A DNA stretch of 64,000 bases, taken from positions 56,097-120,096 of the forward strand of contig CAWIBR010000019.1 in assembly GCA_963834425.1 (NCBI GenBank), read 5' to 3'. How positions within the stretch are numbered: the first letter of the stretch is position 1; the number at the start of each line of letters is the position of its first letter. This document shows positions 63,995 to 64,000 of the stretch, in pieces. Under the pieces are notes generated by a model. It saw only the letters and a list, made by a program, of their open reading frames with translations, did not search any database and was not told where the DNA came from. Origin of the DNA: an uncultured Actinomycetota bacterium (GTDB taxonomy: Bacteria > Actinomycetota > Actinomycetes > Actinomycetales > CAVURS01). The position numbers were made by a program, and so were the translations under genes.

Positions 63995-64000
63995 GGCCCG

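Overview
High-GC (roughly 70%) chromosomal window of actinobacterial type. A Nocardioides-like origin is only a guess from codon usage and gene content. The window is densely coding with about 70 genes, and I saw no rRNA, tRNA or CRISPR array. Most long ORFs in the six-frame track are antisense shadow ORFs typical of high-GC DNA, so I called genes by recognisable protein motifs, RBS or start context and operon logic.

Content from left to right:
- glyA (partial, not in the ORF track).
- A MarR-controlled operon: small cupin, a 108-aa (D-G-G-A)n repeat protein, and a JmjC/cupin-4 oxygenase.
- A Sir2 deacylase and a dienelactone hydrolase.
- A giant FtsX-type permease with two ABC ATPase genes.
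- An SDR, a methyltransferase and a NiCoT nickel/cobalt transporter, with a Nur-box-like site upstream.
- sigK-rskA plus a divergent secreted protein.
- A large intact purine-to-glycerate block: uraD-uraH-uricase-guanine deaminase, pucR, an 8-oxoguanine-deaminase-like amidohydrolase, a GGCT-like protein, allantoicase, an IclR regulator, hyi-glxR-gcl-glxK and an MFS transporter.
- Rhodanese, an F420/PPOX protein and a class II glutamine amidotransferase.
- The xylose locus: a ROK regulator, xylHGF and divergent xylA.
- A CoA-transferase with ArsR, then serA coupled to an FAD oxidase.
- MocR with a CMD-family gene.
- A heavily frameshifted DUF222/HNH element.
- A divergent APH-type kinase and acyl-CoA dehydrogenase pair.
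- A GntR regulator plus a five-gene translationally coupled operon: APC permease, PfkB-kinase::SIS fusion, nucleotidyltransferase, metallophosphoesterase and LOG.
- An ECF41 sigma module with its canonical promoter.
- A translationally coupled CYTH-CHAD and ParA-like ATPase pair.
- The protocatechuate branch pcaHGBDCIJ.

A recurring technical or biological oddity is at least 20 single-nucleotide frame disruptions. Most look like an extra G or C in a short run, and they fall in four patches, while about 33 kb of intervening genes are intact.

The candidates I consider most novel are the MarR/cupin/DGGA-repeat/JmjC operon, the permease/kinase-SIS/NTase/phosphoesterase/LOG operon, and the CHAD-ParA pair.
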